The notes under the pieces are model-generated. The model was not told the origin of the DNA and ran no database searches. It saw only the letters and a list, made by a program, of their open reading frames with translations. A DNA stretch of 64,000 nt from Mesotaenium endlicherianum. Its lineage: Eukaryota. The translations under genes were made by a program, and so were the position numbers. Position 1 is the first letter of the stretch; each line of letters opens with the position of its first letter. Of this stretch, positions 1-12,234 are shown one piece after another. Location: positions 460,952 through 524,951 of the forward strand of contig WELA01003054.1 of the NCBI GenBank assembly GCA_009602735.1. Direction: 5' to 3'.

Positions 1-413
1 CCGACAGATGGGGGCGGGGGGGGGTTGGGGGGGGCAAGAGAGTAGGTGCTGGAATGCTTGGGCTGGAGGCGGGCTCTACAAAGCGCACCTCAAGGACATG
101 CTCACATCTGTCATTCATTGACAATGCACCGACAATGCATGTCGGCAATGTCTACTACTGCTAGGCCGTTGTCACACTCGGCGCATTCGGCACTGCCTGT
201 GCTGCACGCTGCACGCTGCTCCCCGGAAGGGGGCCATGGAGGTACGTAGCGCTCGTGCCCGCAAGGAAGAGGTCCGCAGCCTGAGGCCACGCGGCCTGAG
301 AAAGGACCGAGCAAGTCTCGCACTCGGCCCCGCCACCCTACTGTGCGCTCGTCGCTCACCGGACAAGACGCCGACGGTGCAGCCAGAGAAGGCACACCGT
401 GCTATTCTCGAGT

Positions 414-585
414 GCCAGCACCACCGCCAGCACCAGCACCAGCAGTGGCAACGCCAGAACCAGCACCAGCAGTGCAGCACCAGCACCAGCACCTGCGGTG
501 GCAGTGACAGTACCAGCACCAGCACCAGCGCCAGCACCACAGCCAGTGCCCCAGAGCCGGGACTGGCAGCGGCAGCACCAGCATC
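414..585. repeat. Degenerate (CAGCAC)n / (CCAGCA)n hexamer repeat
   Basis: Visible runs such as ccagcaccagcaccagc; gives poly-ST, poly-AP and poly-QH translations in several frames. Confidence 0.85.
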
Positions 586-673
586 AGAGTTTGCATCCGA
601 CACTGCACGATAGCATGCACTCCCCACGCCCGGGGGGGGGCCTGTGCTCGTGCAGGGTGGCGTGCCAGCTCAC

Positions 674-1053
674 CTGTCGAGAGCTCGCCTGCTGATGGCG
701 TCGGGCCAGTCGGCACCTTGATCACCAGCTGTCACCCGGATGAGCTGGAGTACAAAGTCAACAGCCGTAGCGGACAGGTTGCCACAGCCCACCCCAAACT
801 GCAGAGGCAGGGAGAAGTGCACTTGTCCTCCTCCTCCCCCTCCTCCTCCGCTCATTCCCCCCTGGACTCCCCCGTCAGCGCTCGGGCTAAGCCAAATGGC
901 CCCAGGCTCTTCCAAGGCGCCAAGTGGCAGCCTGTCCTGGATCCAGGCGCAACGGGCCAGTTTCGGGAAGAAGCTCTGCTGCGGGCCCGGGCGGCAAGAA
1001 GTGAAGCGTGCGGCCGGCTTGCCTGACAGCTCTGACACTGCTGCCTGCCATTC
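674..1053 (-). CDS. Candidate GC-rich host exon, unknown product
   Basis: On the minus strand only one frame is open (EWQAAVSELSGKP...SRRALD). It is bounded by a TGCAG acceptor (1054-1058) and a CAG|GTGAGC donor (673), and the ORF's stop codon falls inside the donor. No recognisable domain. Confidence 0.35.
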
Positions 1054-2439
1054 CTGCAGCTGTTGCAGTCAAGGTCAAAGACAAGGAACCATGGGTCTTC
1101 TGAGATGTCAGTATAGCACAGCATGCATGCTGCCTTTTGAGGGTAGTCTGTACAGAGATTACTCTGTGCTGTACTTTTTCTGACACCGAGTTACGTCCTC
1201 TCTCCACTCACTAGGACTGCACCCAAAGAGGAAAGTAGACCCTTAACAATTTGAAAGAGTTATATTTCCTGAAATGTCCATCTCTAAGCAGTAACAAACA
1301 CTTTCCTTCCAAGCCAATGATGTGGTTTATCTTGGCAAGTGCCCTTCCCCGAGAGCCAAGGACACACACGACCCGGCCTGCCTGTCCTCAAAAAGGGTGA
1401 GCCTTATATTGTTTGTCTTTTAGTACATCACCTTCATACAATCAAGAGTTTAGCATGCATAAACCGGGGAAGCCTGGTTCCCGTGTGATAATGTCAGAGA
1501 ACAGCAAGCTGCTGTGGTCTACAGTCTCCTGCGTACTCCTTGACGTTTGCTAACGTTGAAGGAATGACATGAAAATGCTGCTGATCAAGTGCCAAGATCG
1601 GACTAAGTCAGAGTCAAACCCACCTCCCTATGCGCCATAAGTCATGCCCGTTAAAATGTGTTGATAACTTCCTCACGCGTGGCTATCAGCTCCATTGCCC
1701 TCCAACCTTCATACAGAAACCCTTCTCTTTCACGACAGAGCCAAGCCTCTTCCATGCGCTTTGTGTGGATCCGTTTGAGACACTCGCACTATGACAGGAG
1801 AAGGCGTTGTCATTTACTCTGTCGCACTCGACGAGCTCACCTCTGCCTCAGCTCACCGGAGCATTTCTAAGCCCTGGGAGTGACTGGGACATGAGTGACG
1901 GGGAGTGTGCTTAAGAGTTGGCCGGGAGTGATTCAAACCCGCATGTTGCTGAGACGCGGGAGTGGATGTACACCAGATGAACAGGCTCGGATGGGTTAGG
2001 GGAGGTCTGGGCCAGGCTTGAAACTGGTTAGGACGCAATCCCAGGCGCGTTGCCTGCAGGCTGCGATGGGCCGTGACCGGCCAGTACTCGAGCTTCTCGA
2101 CCCGGACGTCACAGAGGTGTCGACATGTGTCAAGAAGGAGATCGTCGTTCTCATCAGGGCATGCGCTAGGGAAGGTTTCCCGATCGAGACATCCTGAAGT
2201 TACAACATCAAGTCGATTTAACCCCGAGTTTTGTCGTGCTCAAGTTCCCATGTCCGGCCTCTTCTAGAGCGCCTTATGCCCGCCCAAACAAATTCACTCT
2301 TAGCGGTCAACCACAGGACTTCTCTATTGCGCCATGAAAGTTGGCCGGTCAAACACTTTCGTCTCAAGTCGTCCTTGTCGTCATTTCCTCTCAACTTACA
2401 GACTTAACACTTAGTTTCAATCCCATGTTGAGCTGAAAA

Positions 2440-2950
2440 GGAAACAAAGGCGACCCACTTTAAAAAGCTAATGCATTGCTTATCCTTGATGGAAAAACAT
2501 GGCAAATTGGAAAGTTATGGTCATGAAAGCATTCAAGGTTGTTTTGTGATAACAAAAAAGTTGAGAAGAAAATGTCTCCGCTTGCCAACGGCCTATCTAT
2601 GCACAAAGAGTTGTTTACGAACTCTAACAACGTTTTGTGAGATGAAACCATCCAAATAGTATACCCTCAAATTTATCCATCGGCGCAGTTCAAATCGCAC
2701 TTGGCTTTTCTGAACATCACACTTTTAGAATGGTGCACCAAGCGCGACAAAGCGTTTCTCAACAGATGGCTGAGAAGTGCTCACGAACCCTTCCCAACGA
2801 ATTATAACAAAGTCTGGATCTCCAAAGTCCTAGGGTCTACTATTCCACAAGTTAAAGACACATGTGGTATCTTTGTTGCCCAAAATAGATTGTCATTAAT
2901 CTTCAAATGTAAAATCGATGCCTGCAAGTCTCTTACTTTTGGTCGTTAAT
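2440..2950 (+). pseudogene. Possible degenerate hAT-like transposase remnant
   Basis: Frameshifted pieces VYEL*QRF ... IVYPQIY ... FKSHLAFL resemble the ELxxRF..IVYPQY..FxxHL pattern I recall from hAT-like transposases of non-seed plants. No TIRs found. Confidence 0.25.
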
Positions 2951-4027
2951 TTGTCAAAGATTTCAAAGTTCTTAGTTCGATTGCCGGGCGTTTTTAATAC
3001 CTCTTTCTAATGGATCTAGAAATTTTCACGTGTAAGATATATTATGTTGCAATCTTTAATATTTATAATAGTATAAATTGGTGTGAAAAATGTCTACATA
3101 CTCGTTTTTAATATATAGCATATACATTGTTATGAATATGTAAGAAACATTTTGGTTTGACACGTCTTTCTTCCGACACCACAATTATTCCCTTTCCAAC
3201 TTTTTATTTTGCCGCCATCTATATGTGGTTGCAAAGCGATTGTCAATAGTAAAATTGGACATTTTTTAAGGACCAATAATCCGTGCCCAAATTATCAAAA
3301 GCCAAAAATCATCAGAATGGATCAAATTGACACATATAGCCTTCACTTTTTGACATCTACTCGTTTATGACTTACCATATTGGGCGTTGTTATAACAAAG
3401 GTGAGAGATTGAAAAAGGCACCAAGAGCACGGGAGAGGGTTTAGATGTCATCGATTGAGAAAATGACACGCTGATTTGAGCGTAAGGGAACAAGAATGGT
3501 GGAGCAAAAATTATAGTCGGGAAGGCAGTAGGCCTTTGACCCCAAATATGCAACCACCAAAGTGAAAAGGGAAAAGGGCGGATTAAGTCCTAAGACGAAT
3601 TATGATGAGCACTGGCATACACGCCGGTTAATCAAAAGTTGTTGGTAGGAGGCGTTTGGTCAACGCGCGATGCTACTAAATAAATACCAAAGTTCACTTA
3701 ACGTAACTTAAATCTTAAACAACTATTATATTTAACTGAATATATACATCTAATAATATACTGGTTCATTACATATGCCGCGCTTTGATTCGAGAGGTGG
3801 AACAGGTGGACGAGGTACTGTGTCGTCGTTGAACACAAACTGTGCACCCTTGGAAACAGAGCTGCCCCGTGATGCATGGTTGGCAATATCGCAGCGAGCC
3901 TGCCTGAGAGCCTGCTTTTCCAAGGTGGTGGTGCGCGGCATGTTGTCGGCGGATTTATAGGGCAATGCCGTGTGTGAAAATATGTGCATGTTGACCTCCA
4001 TAATAGTCCCCACGGGCACAGTATGCC

Positions 4028-4533
4028 TGTGTTGATATAATTTATAATATATTAGTTTGTTATTATATTTTAATGCTTTTGAACATTTTAAGAGTAGTTT
4101 TGTGTGGATTCAAATGTGAATAGATACTCTAGTGACTTGATTTATGTCCTTTTAACCTTCTAAGGCATTTTCAAAAGTAGAAGAAAGACCTAGAAGGACT
4201 CCATGTGGCAAAAGGCAAATATGCCATTTTTTAGGTCAAAAGGACGTGTGCACATTATTCTAGAAAGAGGTGGCAAGTTTTAAGATATGTTGGGTGCCAA
4301 CACATCAACATGCACTTTCCTAGAAATTACTTATGTATCAAGTATAAAAACAAGATCGAGAACATAGAGAGGCATTCTAGAATTGCTCTTGTACTTTCCA
4401 AGTTTGAGAAGTATATTACCTTTCAAGAAACCATATCTCGTTCAAGAAGCTATCACTTGTGTTCAAATATCTTTGTCTTGAATAGATAAAGTATTCTATT
4501 TTATTAAGTACGTTATTTATCTGTTTCACTACA
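4028..4533 (+). repeat. A1 5' LTR
   Basis: TG...CA ends (...gtttcactaca); similar to the other A LTRs; PBS TGGTATCGGTGC at 4535-4546. Confidence 0.9.
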
Positions 4534-4570
4534 GTGGTATCGGTGCTAGGCACTATGGTAGCACAAGAAG

Positions 4571-5350
4571 ATGGGCGATCCTCGATATCAACAAAAAGCT
4601 TTTGAAGGTAGCACTTCATCTCCAACGCCAACGAGAGAGCATACTCGAGAAAATTTGCCACCACACAGAACACCACAAGGAGGAGCACCCATCAGATCCC
4701 GTGGTAGCCGCTGTGGCAAAGTTGACCCCACCACAAGGAGTTTTGAGTGGGCAGCCTTTCTAATGCCTATCCACAACCAAGTGGGCTTGGCCACCTATGA
4801 AGCAACCGTGCAAGCGTCAAGACAAGCAATGGTTGCCATGGCTGCCCCTACTTCAAGCAATGCTCCAAATCCAGCCCCGGCTCTTACGCCTCCACAAGAG
4901 CCTACCAGAGCAAGGAAATTCATCAAGCCCGGCAAACTCGACACTTTCAACCCCGGGAAAGGAGCCCACCTGAATTTATGGCTCTACCAAGTGGAGACGT
5001 ACCTCGCATTCGTTGAAGTACCCAAGGAGGACTACGTTCCCTTTGCCGTGACATTGCTTAGAGGAGCAGCAATATCATGGTGGCATAACTATCAAGCGAC
5101 TGTATATCAAGCTATGGCGCACCCCGTGCCCGGCCAAGAATCCCCACCATTATATGCAAGATGGGCAGATTTCTGTGAAGCCTTCGAGAAGCAGTTCATG
5201 CCCATCAATGGGGAGAGATTGCCCGAGGAAAGCTCCACCATCTCAAGCAAACTACATCCGTTCAAGAGTATACATCCAGATTTCACGCCCTCACTCTTGA
5301 GATCCCAACATGTCTCTCGAGGAGAAGATTAATAGCTATATCTTTGGCCT
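4571..5350 (+). pseudogene. gag: A1 gag, 5' part, frameshifted and cut by a B insertion
   Basis: KPGKLDTFNPGKG..LNLWLYQVETYL..FAVTLLRGAAISWW retrotransposon gag motif; homologous to 61884-62820. Confidence 0.9.
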
Positions 5351-6694
5351 TGAAATGAATCGACTTACCAAATAGGCGATTAACAATTAATGAAGTTCTT
5401 TATATTAGCAAGTAATCTTTATGGTATTTTTTGTTAATTGATTAAACAACAAAGGACAACACACTAGCAGTGGACAATACTCGCAAGTCAAATGCAAGTT
5501 AACTAGCATCAATAATGCAATCAGTAAACTCATACATAAGCAAGGCTAGAAGACAGTGCATATCAATGGCTTCTCGCCTTGGATCCTTGGATCTCTCAGT
5601 AAGCAGTACAAGAGAGTTGGCCTCGTTTCCGAATGCCGAACTCGAGGGCAATCCCTAGCATATGTACATGGAATGAGTATACTGTTCAACGGCCAGTGCG
5701 ATGGCACCGCCTACCCGAGATTTAACCACGTTGGTAGGACCTCGATAACCAAATCCACCGCCATCTCCCATCATCCCGAATCGCCATCCATCCTAAGCAT
5801 GTCATATGGCCATTCATCTAGCACACCACACTTAGATGCATATTTAGGCAGTTCGCTGCGATCGAGTACGGAAGTCAGCTGGCTGTCAAAGAATGTGTCA
5901 GCAAGCTGACTTAAGTTGACTTCAACCTGCTGCTTTCGGCTGAGTCATTAAACTGATATTTTCATAAAGGCCAGCAGACTGAATATTAATTAGAGTTCAA
6001 CAAGCTGAACGTTTTTAACTACCATATATAAATAAATATTATGTCAACCAACATAGTGATTCATTACAATCCCTCCAACTTAACATGTTGGCGCCTCGAC
6101 AACATTAACACTGGGTGCATAATTTCTCTAGTTGAAAGTACTGATCTGCCTCCCACCACCTTTTGCTTCAACACTGATACCTAACAGTGGGGATCACTAG
6201 TAACAGCATGCTGTCCCTTCCGCCCTCAGCCTGCTACCATTAGGAGGGAGATGTCCCTGGGGCCCTATGGTCAGGGGAGCCAAACCTCCTCCTGTCTTGG
6301 GGTCTCCTGAAGCCTAGGGGATCCGCGTTGGGGCCCCGGGGAGAGCGCAATAACTGGCTGTTTCCTCCTGCACAGTCTGAAACTGAATGGAGGCAGCCTT
6401 CTCCTGGGCAGCCCTCAAACCGACAGGTACATATACCGGCATCCCAGAAGGATGTTGCATGACATGAGCCAAGGGCACATGCCCTCTCTGCGAGGGAGAT
6501 GCTGGCAGGCCTCTGGCTATTTCTCTAGCAGCCCTCCTGTCTGCCCTGTCTGACTGGGTCTCCGTGCCTGCAGATGGGAACTGTCCTCTGGCAGTTCCTT
6601 GCCAAGTGATATTTTCCTCTTCAACGAGCTGATGCAGGGTCAACCCAGTCTTCTCCCTTACAATGGATGTGGCAGGTGTCAAGATCACAGCGGA
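5351..6694 (-). mobile_element. Family B copy B0, 3' end only (3' LTR 5351-6068, PPT 6069-6080, ORF3 tail)
   Basis: Reverse-complement B LTR (tgaaatgaatc...gattcattaca), followed by atccctccaact (PPT) and sequence homologous to 36282-36800. Confidence 0.9.
6240..6694 (-). pseudogene. C-terminal fragment of family B accessory ORF3 (variant a)
   Basis: ILTPATS...GLPASPSQRGHVPLAHVMQHPSGMPVY nearly matches ORF 36282..36740; truncated by the A2 insertion. Confidence 0.85.
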
Positions 6695-7234
6695 TGTAGT
6701 GAAACAGATAGATAAAGTACTTAGTAAAACAGAATACTTTATCTATTCAAGACAAGGATCTTTGAACACAAGTGGTAGCTTCTTGAAAGAGAGATGGCTT
6801 CTTGAAAGTTAATATATTTCTGGATTTTGGCAAGTACAAGAGTGATTCTCGAATGTCTTTCTATGTTCTAGCTCTTGTTTATATACTTGCTACATAAGTA
6901 ATTTCTAGGAAGGTGTATGTTGATGTGTTGGCACCCAACACATCCCAAAACTTGCCACCTCTTTCTAGAATAATGTACACATGTCCTTTTGACCTAAAAA
7001 TGGCACATTTGACTTTTGCCACATGGAGTTCTTCTAGGTCTTTCCTCTAACTTCGAAAATGCCTTGGAAGGTTCAAAGGACATGAACCAAGTTACTAGAG
7101 TACCTATTCACACTTGACTCCACACAATACTACTCCAAATATATTTGAAAACATTAAAATATATGCAAACTAATATATAATAACTCAAATCACTACATCA
7201 CCCCCCCGATAGAAAAAGCGACGTCTCGGCGCGT

Positions 7235-7359
7235 CAAGTCAGGTCTTACACATGTGGAGCAAACTAGTCAACAGTTTCAAGTCAGATGCCACACATGTGA
7301 AGAGGACTAGTCAAAGGCGCCAAGTCAGGTGCTACACATGTAAGGTAGACTAGGCAAGG
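7235..7359. repeat. Three tandem ~43-bp units in the family A 3' UTR
   Basis: CAAGTCAG.T...ACACATGT......ACTAG.CAA starting at 7235, 7278 and 7321; also present in A1 (~13325-13452) and A4 (~44766-44890). Confidence 0.85.
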
Positions 7360-7966
7360 TCGTAGGTGGTGTGACCTTATTGGCTAGCCTACTCCTTAAT
7401 GATAAAGAAAATTGTACAAGTTGGCCCAGAATCTGCCACGAACTCAAAAATTCATAGCGGCCACAGAACTGCTCCAAATCTGAAAATTCGAGTGCCAGAC
7501 GGACCGCGTCGGAGAACTCTACCGGGTCACCAAATTTGAGAGCATTCTCATTTCTGGAGTGTCGTTGAGAGCTGAGAGAGTAGGCACTCCTCCAAATCTG
7601 TGCAGAAACTTCTGAAAATCATAAGTCCTTCTATACTTCTCCAAATTCTGCAAACTAAGTCTCAAACTGGGCGCTGTAAGATGTTCTACCAGAGTCTTGA
7701 GTTTCAGAGCATTCCAAGTTCAGGGGAAGGCACAATGTCAGAAGGCATATTCTGTCCTAACAATGCCAGCAGCCTGACCCCCTTCTACTTAGAGCATCAT
7801 ATCTCTCTCACCAGTGCTCCAAATTGAGCAAACTTGGACTCTAAATGACCGGCTACTCATGGACTACAGCCAGGTAAATTTTCAGAATTTATTATGCAGA
7901 GACCTATTACCAGTAGCAGTTTTAGTTTTCTGTCCAGAAACTGCGAGAAGAGAAGAGTGTCTAATG

Positions 7967-10900
7967 TCAATTTTTCCTCTTTCTTGTTCTTGCAGGCTGC
8001 CTCCAAGGGGTCTTCTGCTGCTTCTTGATGGTGGCAGGCTGCCTCCCTGAAGTCTTCGGGCTTCTAGTAGAGAGACTTGGGGCTGGTCCAAGATGGGGGT
8101 TGGCGGCATGGAAGCGCTTCAACTTTCTCTGAACTTTGTCAAGGTAGTGCGCCGCCACCCAACTATTCTCCGAATCTGGATATCCTTTCCACTTGATCAA
8201 GTATTGCTGCTGTCTCCTGAAATTTCTCATAGCCACTATGTCTTCCACTTCGTACTCCAAATGATCATCCACTATTGTTGGGGCTGGTGGGGTTGTCACA
8301 CGTCCTGGGAACTTGTTGTCGGGTTGCACATATGGCTTGAAGAGGGAAGCGTGGAATACGGGGTCGATGTGCATAGTCTGGGGAAGTTCTAGCTTGAAAG
8401 CAACGGGGTTGACTTGCTGGATAATCTTGAAGGGTCCCAAATACTTGGGAGAGAACTTGCTGCCGGCAGGCCTGTTGTTCAGGGAAATGTTCTTGGATGA
8501 TAGTAACACGTTGTCACCCACTCTGTACGTAATTTCTCTTCTGGATCTGTTCGCCACTCTTGCTTGAGCATCTTGCGCGTGTTGTAGAGCTTTCTTCGCT
8601 GCTGTAAGGGCTGCTTCTAATGTCTCCATAAAATCTGTGGCTGCAGGTACTTCATCATGGCCAGCCGTGAAGCTCAGTGGCGTGGTCGGATGGAAGCCAT
8701 AGTTGAGGAAGAATGGGGACTCTTGGGTAGAGGCCTGCGTAGTGTTGTTGTAGGCAAACTCGAGGGGGGTCAAGTACATGTCCCAGTCTTGCTCGAGGGT
8801 AGACACGTAGGCCTTTAGAGAGGTCTTTAGGGTACGATTCATACGCTCGGTTTGCCCATCTGATTGTGGGTGGTAGGCAGTAGACATATCCAGCGATGTA
8901 CCCAAGTTCTTGAAGAGATTTTTCCAGAAATGGCTTGTGAATTTTGGATCTCTATCCGACACAATTCTTGATGGTAGTCCATGGAGTCGGGAGATGTTGT
9001 CAAAGATGAGTCTTGCAAGTTGTGGTGCTGTAGCCTTAGTCGTCGTGGGAATAAAATGAGCCATCTTGGTAAGTCTGTCCACCACCGTGAGTATTGCATT
9101 ATGGCCTCGAGGTGTCACGGGCAAGTCCACGATAAGGTCCATTGAGATGTCCGTCCATTGTCTTTCGGGGATTGGTAGTGGTTGGAGGAGTCCTCCCGCC
9201 TTTTGCGATGATGGCTTGATTCTTTGGCATGTGTCACAGCTCCTGCAGTACTCCTTGACTTGCTTAGACATGCCTGGCCAACAATATGTCCTAGCTAGAA
9301 CGCCCGTGGTCCTTAGGATTCCAAAGTGTCTTCCAAGAGGGTTGTCTTGTGCTTCTCGTAGAAGCAAGAGGCGGAGGTCTAAGTCATTAGGAACACATCT
9401 CTGGCCCGTATCTTGCCTCACCCAATAATTGCCTTCTTGCTTCTTGCATGGGTCCAAGGCTGCTTCTCCGTTCTTGTAGTAAGGGTCTCTTTCATAGGCG
9501 GCTAAAAATCGAGCTTCCAGATCTGTCTTCAGGGATACCATCACTGCATTTAATTGCAGTCTTGAGAGGGGGTCAGCCGGGTTTGTCTTGCCGGGCTGGT
9601 ACTGAATCGTGATGTTGTATTGTTGCAAGTATCCGCTCCATCTTGCTTGTCTCCTTGAGAGATACGGCTGCGTTTGGAGGTGCTTTAACGCCTCGTGGTC
9701 CGTGGTGACCAGTACTTTGCGTCCTTCAACGTAGCAGCGCCAAACCTTCAAGGCATGTACAATCGCCAATGCCTCTCGCTCCGTGGTTGTATAATTTTGC
9801 TCGGCTGGATTTAGCTTCCTTGACTCGTAGGCGATGGGCTGCAGTCCCTTGCCTTGGTCTTGAAGCAGGATTGCTCCTATTGCATAGGAAGATGCATCGG
9901 TGATGACGTGGAAGGGCCAATCTGGGTTTGGACTTGGGAGTGTGAGCACCGGGGATGTGGTCAATCTTCGCTTTAACTCTTGAAATGCCTCTTCCTCTTT
10001 CTCGGTCCATGTATATAGCCTGTCCTTCTTGAGTAGATCTGTCAGGGGGGCTGCTATGTGCGAGAAGCCTTGGATGAATTTTCTGTACCAATTGGCAAAT
10101 CCCAAGAATGACTGGAGTTCTTTCTTGGTCGTGGGGGTTGGCCATTCCTCCACCACCGTGGTCTTCTTGGGGTCCATCTTGATGCCATCAGCAGTCACGT
10201 GGAGACCTAGGAACTCCACTTCTTGTTTGGCAAACTCGCACTTTGACTCCTTCGCAAATAGCTTGTTTTGCTTCAATACTTCAAGGACTTCTTTCAAGTG
10301 TCTCGCATGCTCTTCAAGGGTCTTGCTGTAGATAAGGATGTCATCGATGAATACCACCACAAATCTGTCCAACATGGGCTGAAATATGGTGTTCATCATA
10401 GTCATGAAAGTTGCTGGCGCGTTGGTGAGTCCAAATGGCAGGACCATGAACTCAAAATGTCCATATCTTGTCCTGAATGCCGTCTTCTCTATGTCCGGTT
10501 CTGCGATGCGAATCTGGTGGTAGCCGCTCCGTAAGTCAATCTTCGTGAAGTACTTGGCTCCAACCAGCCGGTCCATGAGCTCATCCATGCGCGGCAGCGG
10601 GTATCGATTCTTGATGGTGATCTTGTTGAGGGCGCGATAGTCCACACACATCCTCAAGGTACCATCTTTCTTCTTGACAAATAGCACCGGGGCTCCAAAT
10701 GGCGACTTGCTAGGTCGAATGAAGCCATGCTCCAGTAGCTCCTTGATTTGCTTCTTGACTTCGTCTAGCTCCGTGTATGACATTTTGAACGTAGGCCGAG
10801 AGATGGGCTTGCTTCCGGGCTCCAACTCTATCTTGTGGTCTACGAATCTTTTGGGGGGTAGGCCCTTGGGCAATTCCGGGGAGAACACTTCTTTGTAGTC

Positions 10901-11575
10901 CTCTAAGACTTCTTGTATCTCCTTGGGAACGGGGCTGCCTTCTTGACTCTCGATGTCTTTCTTGATGTCTTTTGGCGTGATCAAGGCCAAAAGAAGCTCG
11001 TGTCCCTTCCTCACAAGTCTCTTGAGTTGGAGGGCGGACAATAGTATCTCGTGTGCCGGCTTCTGGATGTCTTGGGTCTGGATATTCTGGATTGCGCGCA
11101 AAATACAGATTCTTGAAGTGATGTCATTCTTGATCTTGATAGTACCGGTCCTCCAATCAACTTGGGGGTTGTGCTTGGTCAACCAAGGCGTCCCTAGGAT
11201 GACGTCGTACTTGCCCAATTGCATGGGGGAGAACACTACTCTATCCTTGAAGGACTTGATAGAGAGTGCCAAGGGGTACGTCTTCTTGGAAGGGGTAGTA
11301 TAGGAGAATCCATCGGGCATCATAATCTCCTCGTCGTGGTCAAGAGTTCGCATAGTAATACCGTGCTTGGTGGCAAAATCTGCAGCAATGAAGTTGCCTT
11401 GAGCTCCGCTATCCACCAAGATGTGGACCTTCTCTCCTCCAAGGTAACCTCTCAAACTCATTGGGGCTGGAACGTCGTCTTCAACGGGGGTCTCCACCTC
11501 ACTTGGCGTGTTGCCTTCTCGTGAAGTGGGTCTTGGGGTGGTAGGCTCCTGGCCTACCGGCGCTGTCCGTTTTTT
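7967..11575 (-). CDS. pol: Intact Ty3/Gypsy Pol: protease, RT, RNase H, integrase, chromodomain
   Basis: LVDSGA (protease), [11 protein letters not shown] and FIDDILIYS (RT), [12 protein letters not shown] (RNase H), [22 protein letters not shown] and QSDGQTER (integrase), YLGPF (GPY/F), [20 protein letters not shown] (chromodomain). No stops over ~1200 aa. Confidence 0.97.
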   Translation of the reverse strand, partial: KKRTAPVGQEPTTPRPTSREGNTPSEVETPVEDDVPAPMSLRGYLGGEKVHILVDSGAQGNFIAADFATKHGITMRTLDHDEEIMMPDGFSYTTPSKKTYPLALSIKSFKDRVVFSPMQLGKYDVILGTPWLTKHNPQVDWRTGTIKIKNDITSRICILRAIQNIQTQDIQKPAHEILLSALQLKRLVRKGHELLLALITPKDIKKDIESQEGSPVPKEIQEVLEDYKEVFSPELPKGLPPKRFVDHKIELEPGSKPISRPTFKMSYTELDEVKKQIKELLEHGFIRPSKSPFGAPVLFVKKKDGTLRMCVDYRALNKITIKNRYPLPRMDELMDRLVGAKYFTKIDLRSGYHQIRIAEPDIEKTAFRTRYGHFEFMVLPFGLTNAPATFMTMMNTIFQPMLDRFVVVFIDDILIYSKTLEEHARHLKEVLEVLKQNKLFAKESKCEFAKQEVEFLGLHVTADGIKMDPKKTTVVEEWPTPTTKKELQSFLGFANWYRKFIQGFSHIAAPLTDLLKKDRLYTWTEKEEEAFQELKRRLTTSPVLTLPSPNPDWPFHVITDASSYAIGAILLQDQGKGLQPIAYESRKLNPAEQNYTTTEREALAIVHALKVWRCYVEGRKVLVTTDHEALKHLQTQPYLSRRQARWSGYLQQYNITIQYQPGKTNPADPLSRLQLNAVMVSLKTDLEARFLAAYERDPYYKNGEAALDPCKKQEGNYWVRQDTGQRCVPNDLDLRLLLLREAQDNPLGRHFGILRTTGVLARTYCWPGMSKQVKEYCRSCDTCQRIKPSSQKAGGLLQPLPIPERQWTDISMDLIVDLPVTPRGHNAILTVVDRLTKMAHFIPTTTKATAPQLARLIFDNISRLHGLPSRIVSDRDPKFTSHFWKNLFKNLGTSLDMSTAYHPQSDGQTERMNRTLKTSLKAYVSTLEQDWDMYLTPLEFAYNNTTQASTQESPFFLNYGFHPTTPLSFTAGHDEVPAATDFMETLEAALTAAKKALQHAQDAQARVANRSRREITYRVGDNVLLSSKNISLNNRPAGSKFSPKYLGPFKIIQQVNPVAFKLELPQTMHIDPVFHASLFKPYVQPDNKFPGRVTTPPAPTIVDDHLEYEVEDIVAMRNFRRQQQYLIKWKGYPDSENSWVAAHYLDKVQRKLKRFHAANPHLGPAPSLSTRSPKTSGRQPATIKKQQKTPWRQPARTRKRKN
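11540..11575 (-). promoter_or_regulatory. Family A -1 ribosomal frameshift signal
   Basis: A_AAA_AAC heptamer (11575-11569) in the gag/pol overlap, followed by the hairpin GGTAGGC-CAGGA-GCCTACC; pol lies in the -1 frame. Confidence 0.75.
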
Positions 11576-11895
11576 GACAACTTTTTGGGGCATGAAAGTG
11601 CACGATGGCCCTTTTCCTTGCAATAGAAGCATAGTCCAGCCGTCATGAGAGCTTCTTTTTCAGCCGGGGAGAGTCTTGCTTTCACTCCTTGCTGGTTTCT
11701 TGCATCATAAGTGTCATTGGAGGGTCTTCCACTCTTTCGGGCAGCCGCGGGGTCCCTTTTAATAACTCCGATTTCCATGGGTGTGGGTCCAGATTCGGAT
11801 GTGGAAGGAGTTGCGTACACCCGCGTCGTCGGTACCCGTGAAGATGTAGGCATGGAGTGCTTGAAATCCAAGGTATCCACCTTTTGGGCCACTTC
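11554..11895 (-). pseudogene. gag: A2 gag C-terminus with zinc knuckle
   Basis: GPTPMEIG motif and [14 protein letters not shown] (CCHC). Confidence 0.9.
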
Positions 11896-12234
11896 GTTAA
11901 TCCGAAATTGGTGATTGTGCATTACTCAAAATAATAACAATCTAATAATTTTATCAATCCATAATTGAGTAGATTATCATCTCATAGCTAATCAAAGTAA
12001 TTTATGAATAATTATGTCGTACTATTGCAAAGTAGTCAAATTATTTTACGGCGCTTTTTGCAATAGCATCTCGGTTGTTTTGCTAATCGACCATGAAGTA
12101 ATGGCACACGTGAATGACAATTAATTGGTCAAGATGCAATCATTTATCAAATAATATGTTTATAAATAGCGTAAAGTATTTTAGGTAATTTGAAAAACGT
12201 CCCAAATACGCTTAGAATAGCTCAAATCGTTACA
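11896..12234 (-). repeat. Truncated LTR of family D
   Basis: Minus strand starts TGTAACGATTTGAGC and resembles 22437-22750 (for example cctaaaatac, tactttgcaatag); abuts the A1 integrase. Confidence 0.6.

Larger units (their letters stand above)
6695..11895 (-). mobile_element. Family A copy A2, 5'-truncated (3' LTR 6695-7197, PPT, full pol, gag tail)
   Basis: LTR tgtagtgaaac...atcactaca, PPT 7198-7210, intact pol; breaks in gag at about 11895. Confidence 0.92.

Noticed and set aside
172..725. Overlapping ORFs with poly-AP, poly-ST, poly-VL or poly-CW tracts
   Set aside because: By-products of a GC-rich hexamer repeat lacking stop codons; the true frame, if any, cannot be determined.
1856..2053. 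Second candidate minus-strand host exon (TGCAG ... CG|GTGAGC)
   Set aside because: Phase does not match the 674-1053 exon directly and the translation has no recognisable features.
7235..7359. Regularly spaced repeats resembling a CRISPR array
   Set aside because: Only three units, the spacers are similar to each other, it lies in a retrotransposon UTR, and there are no cas genes.
8093..11524. Many antisense and alternate-frame ORFs over pol genes
   Set aside because: Shadow ORFs of long coding sequences; repeated only because the pol copies are near-identical.
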